Assembly (NCBI GenBank): GCA_027451585.1
Contig: DAIDIZ010000024.1
Span: forward strand, 1 to 55,957
Length of the DNA: 55,957 nt
Source of the DNA: Chlamydiota bacterium
GTDB lineage: Bacteria; Chlamydiota; Chlamydiia; Chlamydiales; SM23-39
Direction of reading: 5' to 3'
Numbering within the stretch: the stretch's first letter is position 1; every line of letters starts with the position of its first letter. Both the position numbers and the translations under genes were made by a program. The notes under the pieces are model-generated. The model was not told the origin of the DNA, did not search any database, and saw only the letters and a program-made list of their open reading frames with translations. This document shows positions 37,639 to 47,734 of the stretch, in pieces.

Positions 37639-40460
37639 GTTTCTAATAACTCATAGGCGTATTGGTGGAAGGTCTCGTCGGAGAGCTTCATCAGCTCTCG
37701 TAATTCTTTTCTCCAGTTGGGCATCTGGAGTTTGGTTTTTAGTCGGACGGCCACTACTTTATCAAACAAAAGGGGTGAATCGTCGAGTTGATTAAGGAGG
37801 TCGGAGAGGGTGAGATGGGGGAGATGGGGGTGCCAGTTGAGGCAGACGGCCATTTTTTCTTCGAGGGGAAGATCGTCCACAAGCGGGGCAATCAGTCGGA
37901 AAATGCGGGTATCACAGGTCCTTTCCAAGCTTTCAATTGCGTGGGATTGGATTTTGGCATTGGGATTGCGTAGCGCTCTCACAAGAAGGTCGGGATCTTC
38001 GAGTGAACCTGCGGCTCCCAAAAGATGGATGATGAAATCGATCACCGACTGGTAACCTGCGAGCAACGCACTTTCGAGCATTTCAAGATCGTAGAGTGGG
38101 TATTGTTTCTGGATGGTATGGGCAAAGTAGAAGTAGAAATAGGCTCGATCGATTTCAATATCGAGAATGTCGGGGATATTCGCTTGCAGTTGGGGCATGG
38201 CGAGCCTTGCCAGGATTTTCCCTGCTAAGATGCGTCCTCTTTCGGCAACAGCTACATCTTTGGTGAGAGTCAGGAGGAGGGGAACGATCTTGAGACCCAT
38301 TTGACTGATCACTTCTTCGGTTTTCCTCCTTTCACTGGGACGAAAATGGACGCTTGCGAGAAGCAGGTCTTTGATGGTGGTTGAATCGGCGATTTTCCCT
38401 AGGGCATCGAGGAGTGATAGACGCAGTTTTTGGTCGCGCGAGCTTTCGAGTTCTTCAATCAGGCGGGGGGCATGGCGACTGAGTGCTTTGCAGGAGAGCT
38501 TGGCTAGCGTGCGGGCGCTGGCTCGTTTGACAAAGGTGGAGTCGTGGCTTAAAAAGGGAAGGGCTCGCTCGGCAGCTTCTAGGGTGTTTTCTTCTGAGAG
38601 GATATCGAGGGCGATCGCGATTTCATCAATGCGGCTCGATTTGAGCATGAGTTCTAATTTTTTGGCTCCCATTGTCCTGTGAAGAGCTGCCATTTCAAGA
38701 CTGGAATGGAGTTTTGATTTTTTCAAGGTGAGGATAGCGGCGCCTTTAAGTAAAAGATCACTTTGATCAATTTCAGCTTCTCCCTTTTCGGGGTGGTGCA
38801 ACCCCCGTTTAGCAAGGTAGAAGTTGGCTTGTTTACAAAATTCGGGAGAGTCGCTTTCATGGACCCAGCTGTCGATTGTTTCGATAACAAGTGAATGGCT
38901 TCCGTGAGGACTTTGATCGAGGAGTTTGAGCAGCTCGATTTTAGAGACGGTTCCGAATCGTTTTCCGGCGAGGAGAATATCATCTACTGCGGAGGAATCT
39001 CCAATTTCTAATAGTGCTTTTACTCCAAGAAGTTGGATCTCTTCTTGAGGGTTTTTGAGTGCTTTTAACATCTCTTTTCTCGCCTCTTTTTGTTCTCGTC
39101 TGGAGAGAGAAAAAAGCCACTGCTTGACCGATTTTTCAAAGTGGAGTGAATTTTCTTTTAGGTGGTTGAAGATGGCTTTCGGGTAGATTGTACGCATGAT
39201 GAGAGCGAAACCTAAGACAATCACCGTTAAGATGAGCCCGAGCAGACGGCTACTCTCATGGAAGGAGAAGAGAAATAAAGAGGCAAGAAGCATACCGATG
39301 GGTTCGAAAAAAGAGTTGTTGATGATCCGGACTTTCGATTTGAGTTTTGTGGGTACCGCATTCGACATCAGGTTGGCGCAGTTGTCGTCAAAGGTGTACA
39401 AAATGCCTTCGATTGCAAAGAGACCAACGATTGCAATCGCAAGGCCATTGAATAGGGTCCATTGAGAATAGAGGAGAAAGAAGAAAAGGGGAGAGATGAG
39501 GAGGGTATGGTTTAGGCCGATTCTCCGAATGCACCGGTTATATACAAAGAGGCCAATCAAGATGTTGGCAAATGAGATGGTGGCTCTGCACTTTCCTAAA
39601 AACTCGGCGATTTTTCCATGGGAAGCCCCTTCTTGAAAAGAGAGATCGAACACTTGCATGTAGTTGAATTCGGTGACGGTCAAGACAAGTTGAGTCGAAA
39701 GAGCAAGGAGGAGGAAGACGATGACAAAGGGAGAGTGGAAGAGAAGGCGTACAGTTGAGGCAAACGAATCTCTATTCCCAGAGAAGACCCCTTCCATGGA
39801 GTCATCATGGATCGCCTTTGTTTTTAGAGCGATCTTTCTCGCTTCAAAGATGGCCACCAGAAGAGCTAGGCTCGCAAAGGTGAGAAAGGCTCTCGATCCA
39901 ACTGTTTCCAAGAAAAGATTGAGAGCGATTCCCGAAAAGATTGTCCCGACAAAGTAGGCTACATTGTAGAGGGCATAGACCCTTTTGGCATCTTGGAGAT
40001 CATGGAACTGGTCGGTGAACGACCACGAAATCGGAACGACCATTAAAAAAAATGTTTTGGAGGCGATTTTTAATGCATACCAGAACCAATCCGGGGGGGC
40101 GGCTGAAAGGAGAAAAGAGGCTGAAAAGCAAATAAGAGAGCCGATGGCGAGGGCGATGAGTAAAATCCGGTAGGAACTGGTCTTCTTCAGGCTGTAGAGG
40201 ATGAGTGACGAAATGGCGATCATCGCGATGGAAGAGAAAAGAGAGACTCTAGGGAGGAACTCGGCCCCTATCTTTTCAAGGAAAAAGCCGTCGGAGAGGG
40301 TCTCAAGGCAGCAACTTCCAAAAGCCCAGAGGATAGAAAGGCGCACAAAGCGGAGGGCCTGTTTCCCTTCACCTGCATAGACCCCAAATACTTTTCGAAA
40401 GATTTCTTGCATTCCCCGTAAATTGGTCTTAGGTTCAAAAAGAGCTCCATTGTAGAACAT
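37635..40460 (-). CDS. NTT/TLC-like membrane domain fused to HEAT repeats (CT234-like)
   Basis: N-terminal multi-TM domain with DAKRVY, followed by HEAT-like helical repeats. Start may be 40412. Confidence 0.8.
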   Translation of the reverse strand: MFYNGALFEPKTNLRGMQEIFRKVFGVYAGEGKQALRFVRLSILWAFGSCCLETLSDGFFLEKIGAEFLPRVSLFSSIAMIAISSLILYSLKKTSSYRILLIALAIGSLICFSASFLLSAAPPDWFWYALKIASKTFFLMVVPISWSFTDQFHDLQDAKRVYALYNVAYFVGTIFSGIALNLFLETVGSRAFLTFASLALLVAIFEARKIALKTKAIHDDSMEGVFSGNRDSFASTVRLLFHSPFVIVFLLLALSTQLVLTVTEFNYMQVFDLSFQEGASHGKIAEFLGKCRATISFANILIGLFVYNRCIRRIGLNHTLLISPLFFFLLYSQWTLFNGLAIAIVGLFAIEGILYTFDDNCANLMSNAVPTKLKSKVRIINNSFFEPIGMLLASLFLFSFHESSRLLGLILTVIVLGFALIMRTIYPKAIFNHLKENSLHFEKSVKQWLFSLSRREQKEARKEMLKALKNPQEEIQLLGVKALLEIGDSSAVDDILLAGKRFGTVSKIELLKLLDQSPHGSHSLVIETIDSWVHESDSPEFCKQANFYLAKRGLHHPEKGEAEIDQSDLLLKGAAILTLKKSKLHSSLEMAALHRTMGAKKLELMLKSSRIDEIAIALDILSEENTLEAAERALPFLSHDSTFVKRASARTLAKLSCKALSRHAPRLIEELESSRDQKLRLSLLDALGKIADSTTIKDLLLASVHFRPSERRKTEEVISQMGLKIVPLLLTLTKDVAVAERGRILAGKILARLAMPQLQANIPDILDIEIDRAYFYFYFAHTIQKQYPLYDLEMLESALLAGYQSVIDFIIHLLGAAGSLEDPDLLVRALRNPNAKIQSHAIESLERTCDTRIFRLIAPLVDDLPLEEKMAVCLNWHPHLPHLTLSDLLNQLDDSPLLFDKVVAVRLKTKLQMPNWRKELRELMKLSDETFHQYAYELLET

Positions 40461-40467
40461 TGCTCGA

Positions 40468-42075
40468 TTATTTCATCCAATTTAAAAGAGCCTCCTCAAG
40501 AGTAGCGAAGAGGTGATCTTTTTGGATGTGAGAAAGAAAGCCCAATGCGTGCAGATCTTTTTTTGTACCTTCTTGTATTTCAGTGAGATAGATACGGATT
40601 CCTTTCTTTTGGCAGGCCTTATAAAATTCTTGTAGAGAGTGAACCCCTGAAGCATCGATCATCGGGACCGATCGGAACCGAAGGATGCAGAGGGTCATTT
40701 CGGGATGAGATAGATCTTTTAGTCTGCTCGCAGTGCCGAAGAAGAAAGGACCTTGGATGTCGTAGACAGCCACTCCTTTGGAGGGAAAGAGGGGGTTTAG
40801 GGGGATCGTTTGAGAGACTTTGCTCATCCGTTGCATGAAGATAAATGAGGCGACGACCATACCGACGGCAATGGCCGCTGTGATATCGACGAACAAAGTG
40901 AGGAAAAAGGAGGTCAGGAGGACGAGTCGATCTCCATAGGGAGCTTTCAAGAGGCGGATGAAATGGTGCGCTTCGCTCATGTTCCAGGCGATCATCATCA
41001 GAACGACGGAGAGGGAAAAGAGAGGGATTTGGTTCACAAGCGGGGTGAGGCAAAGGAGAAAGAAGAAAAGGGTGAGCGAGTGGATCATCCCGGCTAAAGG
41101 CGTTTGAGCCCCTGTTTTGATATTCGTCGCCGTTCGGGCAATCGCTCCCGTTGCAGGGATCCCTCCGAAGAGAACCGAGCCGAAATTGGCCACCCCTTGT
41201 GCGATCAGCTCACAATTGGAGCGGTGTTTTCCTCCGATCATTCCATCACCGATCACGGCGGAGAGGAGTGATTCGATTCCCCCTAAAAGAGCAATCGCGA
41301 CTCCATCTAAAAGGAGTTCTTTCAGGTGCCCGGAAAAAAGGAGTGAAAAGGAGGGGAGTGTTGGGGTTGGAAGGGCACTTGGGATTTCTCCGAAGCGCGA
41401 TGCAATTGTTTGGACTGGCAGGTGGAAGAAGTAGGTGATAAGAGATGCGAACGCAATAGTTGTAATGCCCCAGGGAATGGCGGGAGTAAATCGACGAAGA
41501 GCCAAGATAATGGCAAAAGAAGAGGTAGAGAGGAGGAGCGTGGCGAGATCAAAAGAGGGGAGATGAGAAAAATAAGCGATCCACTTCCCTCCAAAAGAAG
41601 AGGGAAGAGAGGTCATGGGAAACCCGAAAAACTCTTTGATTTGAGAGGTGAAGATGAGGAGAGCGATCCCGCTTGTGAACCCAATCACGAGCGAGTGAGG
41701 CACATATTTGATGAAAGATCCCAATCGGAAAAATCCAAATAAGACAAGAAGAACCGCTCCGATTAAAGTCGCAATGCAGAGTCCCTCGTATCCGGTTCTC
41801 TGGACAATATCATAGACAATGACCACGAAGGCGCCCGTAGGACCTCCGATCTGCACGCGCGAACCGCCGAGAGCTGAGATGAGAAATCCGGCGATGATCG
41901 CGGTAAAAAGTCCTCGAGCAGGCTCAACACCGGACGCGATTGCAAATGCCATCGCGAGAGGCAGAGCGATCACTCCCACGGTGATCCCTGCGAAAAGATC
42001 TTTTTTAAAGATTGCCCAAGAATAGTCTTTCCGTAAACAAAGTAGTGATTTCGGAATAAATTCCTGAAAGTTCAT
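40468..42075 (-). CDS. SulP-family anion transporter with STAS domain
   Basis: DLFAGITVG..ALPLAMAFAIASG, GGPTGA, IESLLSA, GAIART, GPFFFG and IDASG. Confidence 0.95.
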   Translation of the reverse strand: MNFQEFIPKSLLCLRKDYSWAIFKKDLFAGITVGVIALPLAMAFAIASGVEPARGLFTAIIAGFLISALGGSRVQIGGPTGAFVVIVYDIVQRTGYEGLCIATLIGAVLLVLFGFFRLGSFIKYVPHSLVIGFTSGIALLIFTSQIKEFFGFPMTSLPSSFGGKWIAYFSHLPSFDLATLLLSTSSFAIILALRRFTPAIPWGITTIAFASLITYFFHLPVQTIASRFGEIPSALPTPTLPSFSLLFSGHLKELLLDGVAIALLGGIESLLSAVIGDGMIGGKHRSNCELIAQGVANFGSVLFGGIPATGAIARTATNIKTGAQTPLAGMIHSLTLFFFLLCLTPLVNQIPLFSLSVVLMMIAWNMSEAHHFIRLLKAPYGDRLVLLTSFFLTLFVDITAAIAVGMVVASFIFMQRMSKVSQTIPLNPLFPSKGVAVYDIQGPFFFGTASRLKDLSHPEMTLCILRFRSVPMIDASGVHSLQEFYKACQKKGIRIYLTEIQEGTKKDLHALGFLSHIQKDHLFATLEEALLNWMK

Positions 42076-42112
42076 GCCGGCATTTTACCATCCAAGAGAT
42101 TAAAAATAAATA

Positions 42113-42196
42113 TATACTCGTTCCACTCCAAAATGGCCCAAGAAAATCGAATTTAAATTGGTTTACTTGGGGCGCCTTTGGACTGGAACGAGTCTA
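42113..42196. repeat. Palindromic MITE-like element family A
   Basis: TATACTCGTTCCACTCCAAA / TTTGGACTGGAACGAGTCTA inverted repeats in a divergent intergenic region. Confidence 0.8.
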
Positions 42197-42214
42197 TTTT
42201 GGTTTTTTCTTTTC

Positions 42215-42243
42215 TTGACTCTTCCTCAAAGATCCTCTATTCT
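42215..42243 (+). promoter_or_regulatory. Putative sigma66/70 promoter of the yicC-gmk operon
   Basis: TTGACT-N17-TATTCT, 9 nt before the ATG at 42253. Confidence 0.55.
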
Positions 42244-42252
42244 CGCTTGATT

Positions 42253-43125
42253 ATGCCAATGAGTATGACCGGATTTGGTCGAGGGATTGTGGAAGCTTCC
42301 TTTGGTCGGGTCGTTATTGAAATTCAGTCGATCAATCGCAGGTATCTTGAAATGACCTGTTATCTTCCCAAAGAGTGGGTCTCTTTTGAGGGGGTAATCC
42401 GAAGAAAGATCGGGGAAGAGGTCTCTCGTGGTCAGGTGTCTGTCCGGTTGCAGCTGATTCCTTCGGCAACGTTTTTACGCCAGCTCCTTCCTGATCCAAA
42501 AAGATTACGCTCTCTCAATGAAGAATGGAAAGCAATTGTGGAAGAGGCGGGGATTTCTCCGAAGGAGATCGACTTGCGGTTTCTCCTTGAGTCTCTCCCT
42601 CAAGCAGAGAAGGGAAGTTTCGGAGAGGAGGTCCATCCCTTTTTGGAGCAAGCATTAGGTGAGGCGTTAGAAGCACTTTCCAAGATGAGAAGGGAAGAGG
42701 GGGCTGTTCTTTGTCGAGATATTGGCTCTCGCTTACAAGAGATCAAGCAGAGGCTCCTTCTGATTGAGGAATTTTCTCCAGAGGCCACTTCCCGGATGAG
42801 AGAAAAGCTTCTTGAGAAGATGAAGATCATTTGGCCTGATGGGACTCTTTTAGATGAGAGGATAGCTCGGGAGATTGCTTTGTTTGCGGAAAAAGTGGAT
42901 ATCACGGAAGAGCTCGTCCGTTTGCATTCTCACTTGACCCAATTCGAAGGAGCTCTCAAAGAGAAAAAGGCAATTGGACGGAAGCTCGATTTTTTGATCC
43001 AAGAGATGGGAAGGGAAATCAACACGATCGGGTCGAAATGTGCAGAAGCGAAGGTGGCCCATCTCGTGATCGAGATGAAAAGTGACCTCGAAAAGATTCG
43101 GGAACAGGTGCAAAATATCGAGTAA
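42253..43125 (+). CDS. yicC: YicC/YloC-family endoribonuclease
   Basis: SMTGFGR, SINRRYL, DITEELVRL.SH, GRKLDFL.QEM.REINTIGSK and REQVQNIE. Confidence 0.95.
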   Translation: MPMSMTGFGRGIVEASFGRVVIEIQSINRRYLEMTCYLPKEWVSFEGVIRRKIGEEVSRGQVSVRLQLIPSATFLRQLLPDPKRLRSLNEEWKAIVEEAGISPKEIDLRFLLESLPQAEKGSFGEEVHPFLEQALGEALEALSKMRREEGAVLCRDIGSRLQEIKQRLLLIEEFSPEATSRMREKLLEKMKIIWPDGTLLDERIAREIALFAEKVDITEELVRLHSHLTQFEGALKEKKAIGRKLDFLIQEMGREINTIGSKCAEAKVAHLVIEMKSDLEKIREQVQNIE

Positions 43126-43128
43126 TCT

Positions 43129-43722
43129 ATGCGCAAAATATTGGGGGACTTAAAAAAGGGGCTTCTTTTTGTGGTGAGTGCCCCCGCTGGTACGGGGAAG
43201 ACAACCCTTGTTCGGATGCTCCAGAGAGAATTTTCTTGTGTGGTCGAGAGTGTCTCCTATACGACAAGAGAACCTCGAGCGCAAGAGATAGACGGGCGCG
43301 ATTACCACTTTGTTTCAAGGGAAGTGTTTGAACAAAAAATCGAAGAGGGAGAGTTCTTGGAGTATGCCCAAGTCTTTGGCCATTACTATGGCACATCGAA
43401 GCTCTTCATTGAAGATAAACAGTCTCATGGCAAGCATGTGATGCTTGTGATTGATACTCAAGGAGCGCTTCAGTTGATGAATCGTCTCCAGGCCGTTTTC
43501 ATTTTCATTCGCCCCCCCGACATGGAGACGTTGAGACAAAGATTATCGTCTCGCAAATCAGAGTCGTTGGAAGTGATTGAGGAGCGCCTCTCCTGGGCTG
43601 AGAAAGAGCTGGCTTTGGCCCCTCGCTACGACTACCAGATTGTGAATGATTACTTGGAAACAGCCTATGCAGTGCTCCGTTCTATTTTGATTGCGGAAGA
43701 GCACCGCTCTCTCTATTCATAA
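43129..43722 (+). CDS. gmk: Guanylate kinase
   Basis: SAPAGTGKTT, SVSYTTREPR..E.DG.DY.F and YYGT. Confidence 0.97.
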   Translation: MRKILGDLKKGLLFVVSAPAGTGKTTLVRMLQREFSCVVESVSYTTREPRAQEIDGRDYHFVSREVFEQKIEEGEFLEYAQVFGHYYGTSKLFIEDKQSHGKHVMLVIDTQGALQLMNRLQAVFIFIRPPDMETLRQRLSSRKSESLEVIEERLSWAEKELALAPRYDYQIVNDYLETAYAVLRSILIAEEHRSLYS

Positions 43723-43767
43723 AACATTCCTTTTGATAGAATATAAAAGCTAAAACTAGGAGCTGAC

Positions 43768-43953
43768 ATGTCTCGTTCGATCACGACGGAGAAATTGAGA
43801 AAGAAATTCAAAAATAATTTTGATTTGTGTAATTTTGCGATTCTGATAGGTCGAGATGACATCTCTCATCACGTGCAAACTTCTTTGGAATCCATTCTCG
43901 ATACAGTGGAGAGGAAAGCGGATGATGCGAATAAACTGAAGAAGTCAGAGTAA
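43768..43953 (+). CDS. rpoZ: Probable RNA polymerase omega subunit (chlamydial CT031-like)
   Basis: GGAG RBS; ITTEKL.KKF.N.FDL.N.AI; located between gmk and metG. Confidence 0.65.
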   Translation: MSRSITTEKLRKKFKNNFDLCNFAILIGRDDISHHVQTSLESILDTVERKADDANKLKKSE

Positions 43954-43955
43954 TT

Positions 43956-46022
43956 GTGCGTCAAAAGGTATTGATTACATCAGCTCTCCCTTATGCAAAC
44001 GGGCCCCTTCATTTCGGCCATATTGCTGGAGCTTATCTTCCAGGTGATTGCTATGCTCGTTTCCAAAGGCTGATAGGGCACGACGTCCTCTATATTTGTG
44101 GTTCTGATGAGCACGGAGTGGCGATTACATTGAGTGCTGATTTAGCAGGGAAAACTCCGAAAGAACACGTCGACCATTTTCACGCTATCAACCAGGCTCT
44201 TTTTGAAAAGCTCTCCTTTTCCTTTGATTATTACGGAAGGACGACCTGGAAAGGGCACATCGCCACCACGCAGAGTTTTTTCCACGCCCTCAATCAAAAA
44301 GGGCTCATCGTTGCCAAGACCGAAATGCATCTCTATTCCGAAGTCGAAAAGAAATTTTTGGCCGATCGGTACGTGGTAGGGACTTGTCCCAAGTGCGGAT
44401 TTGACGGGGCAAGAGGTGACGAGTGCCAACAATGCGCCGCTTCCTATGAGGCGACCGATTTACAGAATCCTCGTTCGAAGCTTTCGGGAGCCCCTCTTGT
44501 CAAAAAACCAAGTGAACACCTCTATTTGCGATTTGATCTATTTAAAGAAGCCCTCAAGAAATGGATTGAGAAAAAGCAATGGAAAGAGAATGTTGTCCGT
44601 TTTGCGATGAGCTATATCGATGACCTCAAGATGAGAGCCATCACGAGAGACTCAGACTGGGGCATTCCTGTCCCTGGTTATCCGGGCAAAGTTTTTTACG
44701 TCTGGTTCGATGCTCCGATTGGATATGTTTCGATCACCCAAGAGTGGGCTGAAAAAAATGGGCACAAAGATAAATGGAAGGACTATTGGCTTTCTCCTGA
44801 CACCAAGCTCGTTCACTTCATTGGGAAAGATAATATCCCTTTTCACGCCGTTTTTTTCCCCGCTATGTTGATGGGGCAGGACCTCCCCTATAAACTCCCT
44901 GACGAGATACCAGCGAACGAATTTTTCATGCTTGAAGGGCGTCAATTTTCTAAGTCCGACGGGTGGACAATTGACCTGGAAGAATTTTTCACCAAATACA
45001 CTCCTGACCAGGCTCGCTACGCAATTGCGGCCAATGCCCCAGAAACAGCCGACGCCGAGTTCTCGTGGAAAGACTTTCAGCTTCGATGCAATAGCGAACT
45101 GCTCGGAAAGTTTGGGAACTTCGTGAACCGAGTCCTCGTGTTTGCCAAGCAACACTGTGGAGGAAGAGTTCCTCAACGAGATAGCTTACATGACGTCGAT
45201 CTTCGCTTTGAGCAAGAGATTGCGCGGTTATTGGGTGAGGCTCAGGAGGCCTATTCGACTTTCCATTTAAGGAAAGCCACCCAAATTTTGATGGAATTAG
45301 CGCAAACTGGCAACGTGTACTTTGACACCAAAAAGCCGTGGGCTCTTGCCAAGAGGGAAGAAACTCGTGGCGAGCTCAATACCACGATTTCCCTTTGCAT
45401 TCAGTGCATCAAAGCCTTGGCTTTGATCGCCTCTCCGATCATCCCGACAACCGCCCAAAAGATCTGGACCTTGCTCGGGCAGAAGACCGATTTAGCCCAC
45501 CAAAACTGGAAAGAGGTGGCCCGTCGAGAGATCCAGGCTGGGGAAGTTCTCCCCCCTCCAGAAATCCTGTTTCGGAAAGTAGAAGATGCAGAGATCGAAG
45601 AACAGATGGTAAAGCTCGGGAAAGCAGGCGTTCTCCAGAGGGAGCCGATCGTGAAACCCGAGTATCCTCTTGAAGCACAAACACCATTGGAGCCAGTCAA
45701 GGGAGAGATTCTCTTTGATCAGTTTGACAAGATCGATCTGCGGGTAGCTCTGGTTGTAGAAGCGCAGAGAGTGGCCAAGTCCAAAAAGCTTCTTAAACTT
45801 CTGGTTGATATTGGCCATGAAAAAAGGACCATTGTTTCAGGGATCGCCCTTTCGTATTCTCCTGAGCAGCTCATCGGAAAAAAAGTAGTGATCGTCGCGA
45901 ACCTCGCTCCCGCAACCATCATGGGGATTGAAAGTCGCGGGATGATTCTTGCCGGGCATGACGGATCTCTTCTCGAACTTCCTCATATTCAGTCGATTAG
46001 ACAAGGAAGTGTCATTTCTTAG
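43956..46022 (+). CDS. metG: Methionine-tRNA ligase with C-terminal tRNA-binding domain
   Basis: ALPYANGPLHFGH, Zn knuckle, YVWFDAP, QFSKS and C-terminal OB fold. Confidence 0.98.
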   Translation: MRQKVLITSALPYANGPLHFGHIAGAYLPGDCYARFQRLIGHDVLYICGSDEHGVAITLSADLAGKTPKEHVDHFHAINQALFEKLSFSFDYYGRTTWKGHIATTQSFFHALNQKGLIVAKTEMHLYSEVEKKFLADRYVVGTCPKCGFDGARGDECQQCAASYEATDLQNPRSKLSGAPLVKKPSEHLYLRFDLFKEALKKWIEKKQWKENVVRFAMSYIDDLKMRAITRDSDWGIPVPGYPGKVFYVWFDAPIGYVSITQEWAEKNGHKDKWKDYWLSPDTKLVHFIGKDNIPFHAVFFPAMLMGQDLPYKLPDEIPANEFFMLEGRQFSKSDGWTIDLEEFFTKYTPDQARYAIAANAPETADAEFSWKDFQLRCNSELLGKFGNFVNRVLVFAKQHCGGRVPQRDSLHDVDLRFEQEIARLLGEAQEAYSTFHLRKATQILMELAQTGNVYFDTKKPWALAKREETRGELNTTISLCIQCIKALALIASPIIPTTAQKIWTLLGQKTDLAHQNWKEVARREIQAGEVLPPPEILFRKVEDAEIEEQMVKLGKAGVLQREPIVKPEYPLEAQTPLEPVKGEILFDQFDKIDLRVALVVEAQRVAKSKKLLKLLVDIGHEKRTIVSGIALSYSPEQLIGKKVVIVANLAPATIMGIESRGMILAGHDGSLLELPHIQSIRQGSVIS

Positions 46023-46198
46023 ATCGAGGCGTTATGAGGGAGAGAAGTTCTCACTTCCACTCGATAGGAACGCTATTTTTTCCCAACTCTAAAGAGAGTT
46101 CTGAATGCTTCTTTATCATGCACTTGGAATTTCTCCTGTTCTGCTCCATTTGGGCCCTGTTTCCGATGCTCTATTAAGTAGTCGCTATTTTTACCGTA

Positions 46199-47734
46199 TT
46201 ATCGACATTGCTGATTTGTGAGCAATCTCCTCATTTGCGTCCCTGCTGCCGTGATCATCACTCGGGCCAGATGGTTGGGGATGTAGTGATAGGGGATTGT
46301 CTCGATATAGACGATTCGAGTTGTTTTTGGATCAGCCCCTCGAGAAATGGCTTGCTTGATCGCCTCGGCCATGAGTTCGTCCATTGTTTTTTCCCTATTT
46401 TCTAAGGAGACAACCACATCGATTGTGGCGGAGATCTCAGAGAGGGCGGCTCCAAAGGCGTTGGCAACGGTTCCATTTTCGGGGAACTGATAGCGAGAGG
46501 AGGGGAGAAGAGAACGGAAGAGGATTGCGCCCCCTCCGACGACAATCACGGGAAGGTGTTGTTCTTTCCCCCCAATTTTTTCGACGAGTCTCTCTATTTT
46601 GTTTATCCCCATTGCAAGGATGGCGTGGCTTTGGGGGCAGTCGACTGGGAGGGTTCCTGGGATGATTTCGGGATTGAGTGCTACTGCGAGATCGGTCAGG
46701 GTGAGCAAATGACCTCCAAAGCAGAGCGCTTCTTGGGTGATATTTTTTGCAGCGCTTTTAGGTCCGATCTGTTGAGGATCAAGTGAGACATAGCTACCTC
46801 CTCCGATCGCAACGGATAGGACATCGGGCATCGGAAAATTGAGGGAAACGCCTCCTATTTGAGTGCACTCGACAGATCTTCGGGGAAACCCTTTTCGGAC
46901 AATGCCGACGTCAGTAGATGTGCCGCCAATGTCGACGATGATCGCGTCATGTAAATCCGAGAGTTGGGCGCCCCCGATGAAAGAGTTGGTAGGTCCGGCA
47001 GAGAGTGTGAGGATCGGGTATTCAAGCGCTTGTTCTAGAGGAAGGATGGTTCCGTTGTTTTGGGTGAGAAAAAGGGGGGCTTGAATCGAGAGCACATCGA
47101 GCTGTTTTCTGAGTTGTTGGAATCCGTTTGACAGAGGTTTTTTTAAAGCGGCATTCAGAATTGTGCTATTTTCTCTCTCGATGATGCCAATTCCGCCGAT
47201 TTGATGGGAAAGGGAAAAGGGGAGGTTGGGGTAAAGAGAACAAATGGCTAGCTCTTGCTCAGGATAGAGGGGGGCAAAGACACCTACCACGGCGAGACTT
47301 TCAGCTCCTTGGGAAACGAGGGTTTCGATTGCTTGTTTCGCCTCGCTCAAAGAAAAGGGGGTGATGGAGGATCCGTCACAATCAAATCCGCCTCCAATGG
47401 TGATACAGGAAAGGGAGAGAGCGCATTTGAGCTCGTCTGGCCATCGAAAAGCGGGAGGAATGGTTTGGGGATGATGTCCTGCAATGCGAATCAGGCCAAC
47501 CCGGTAGAGATCTTTCCTCTCGAGAAGCGCGTTGATGGCATGAGTGGTACCTACAAAGACTGCTTCAACGTGTGTGGGATCAACTCCTTCGATCAGGGTT
47601 TTGAGCGCCTGGGCAAATCCTTTGTCGATCGGATTGGTTGTGATTTGTTTCACTTTTTTAACTATGTTTTTTTGGGAATTGAGCAATACCATGTCGGTAT
47701 TGGTCCCTCCGATATCTACTCCCACTGTGAACAT
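46199..47734 (-). CDS. Hydantoinase A / oxoprolinase family protein
   Basis: GVDIGGTNTD, GTTHAINA, ERENSTILNA, SAGPTNS, DIGGTSTDVG and VANAFGAA. Confidence 0.92.
   Translation of the reverse strand: MFTVGVDIGGTNTDMVLLNSQKNIVKKVKQITTNPIDKGFAQALKTLIEGVDPTHVEAVFVGTTHAINALLERKDLYRVGLIRIAGHHPQTIPPAFRWPDELKCALSLSCITIGGGFDCDGSSITPFSLSEAKQAIETLVSQGAESLAVVGVFAPLYPEQELAICSLYPNLPFSLSHQIGGIGIIERENSTILNAALKKPLSNGFQQLRKQLDVLSIQAPLFLTQNNGTILPLEQALEYPILTLSAGPTNSFIGGAQLSDLHDAIIVDIGGTSTDVGIVRKGFPRRSVECTQIGGVSLNFPMPDVLSVAIGGGSYVSLDPQQIGPKSAAKNITQEALCFGGHLLTLTDLAVALNPEIIPGTLPVDCPQSHAILAMGINKIERLVEKIGGKEQHLPVIVVGGGAILFRSLLPSSRYQFPENGTVANAFGAALSEISATIDVVVSLENREKTMDELMAEAIKQAISRGADPKTTRIVYIETIPYHYIPNHLARVMITAAGTQMRRLLTNQQCR

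Noticed and set aside
46023-46198. 176-bp gap between metG and the hydantoinase as an ncRNA or repeat
   Set aside because: No convincing hairpin, repeat match or ORF seen by eye.
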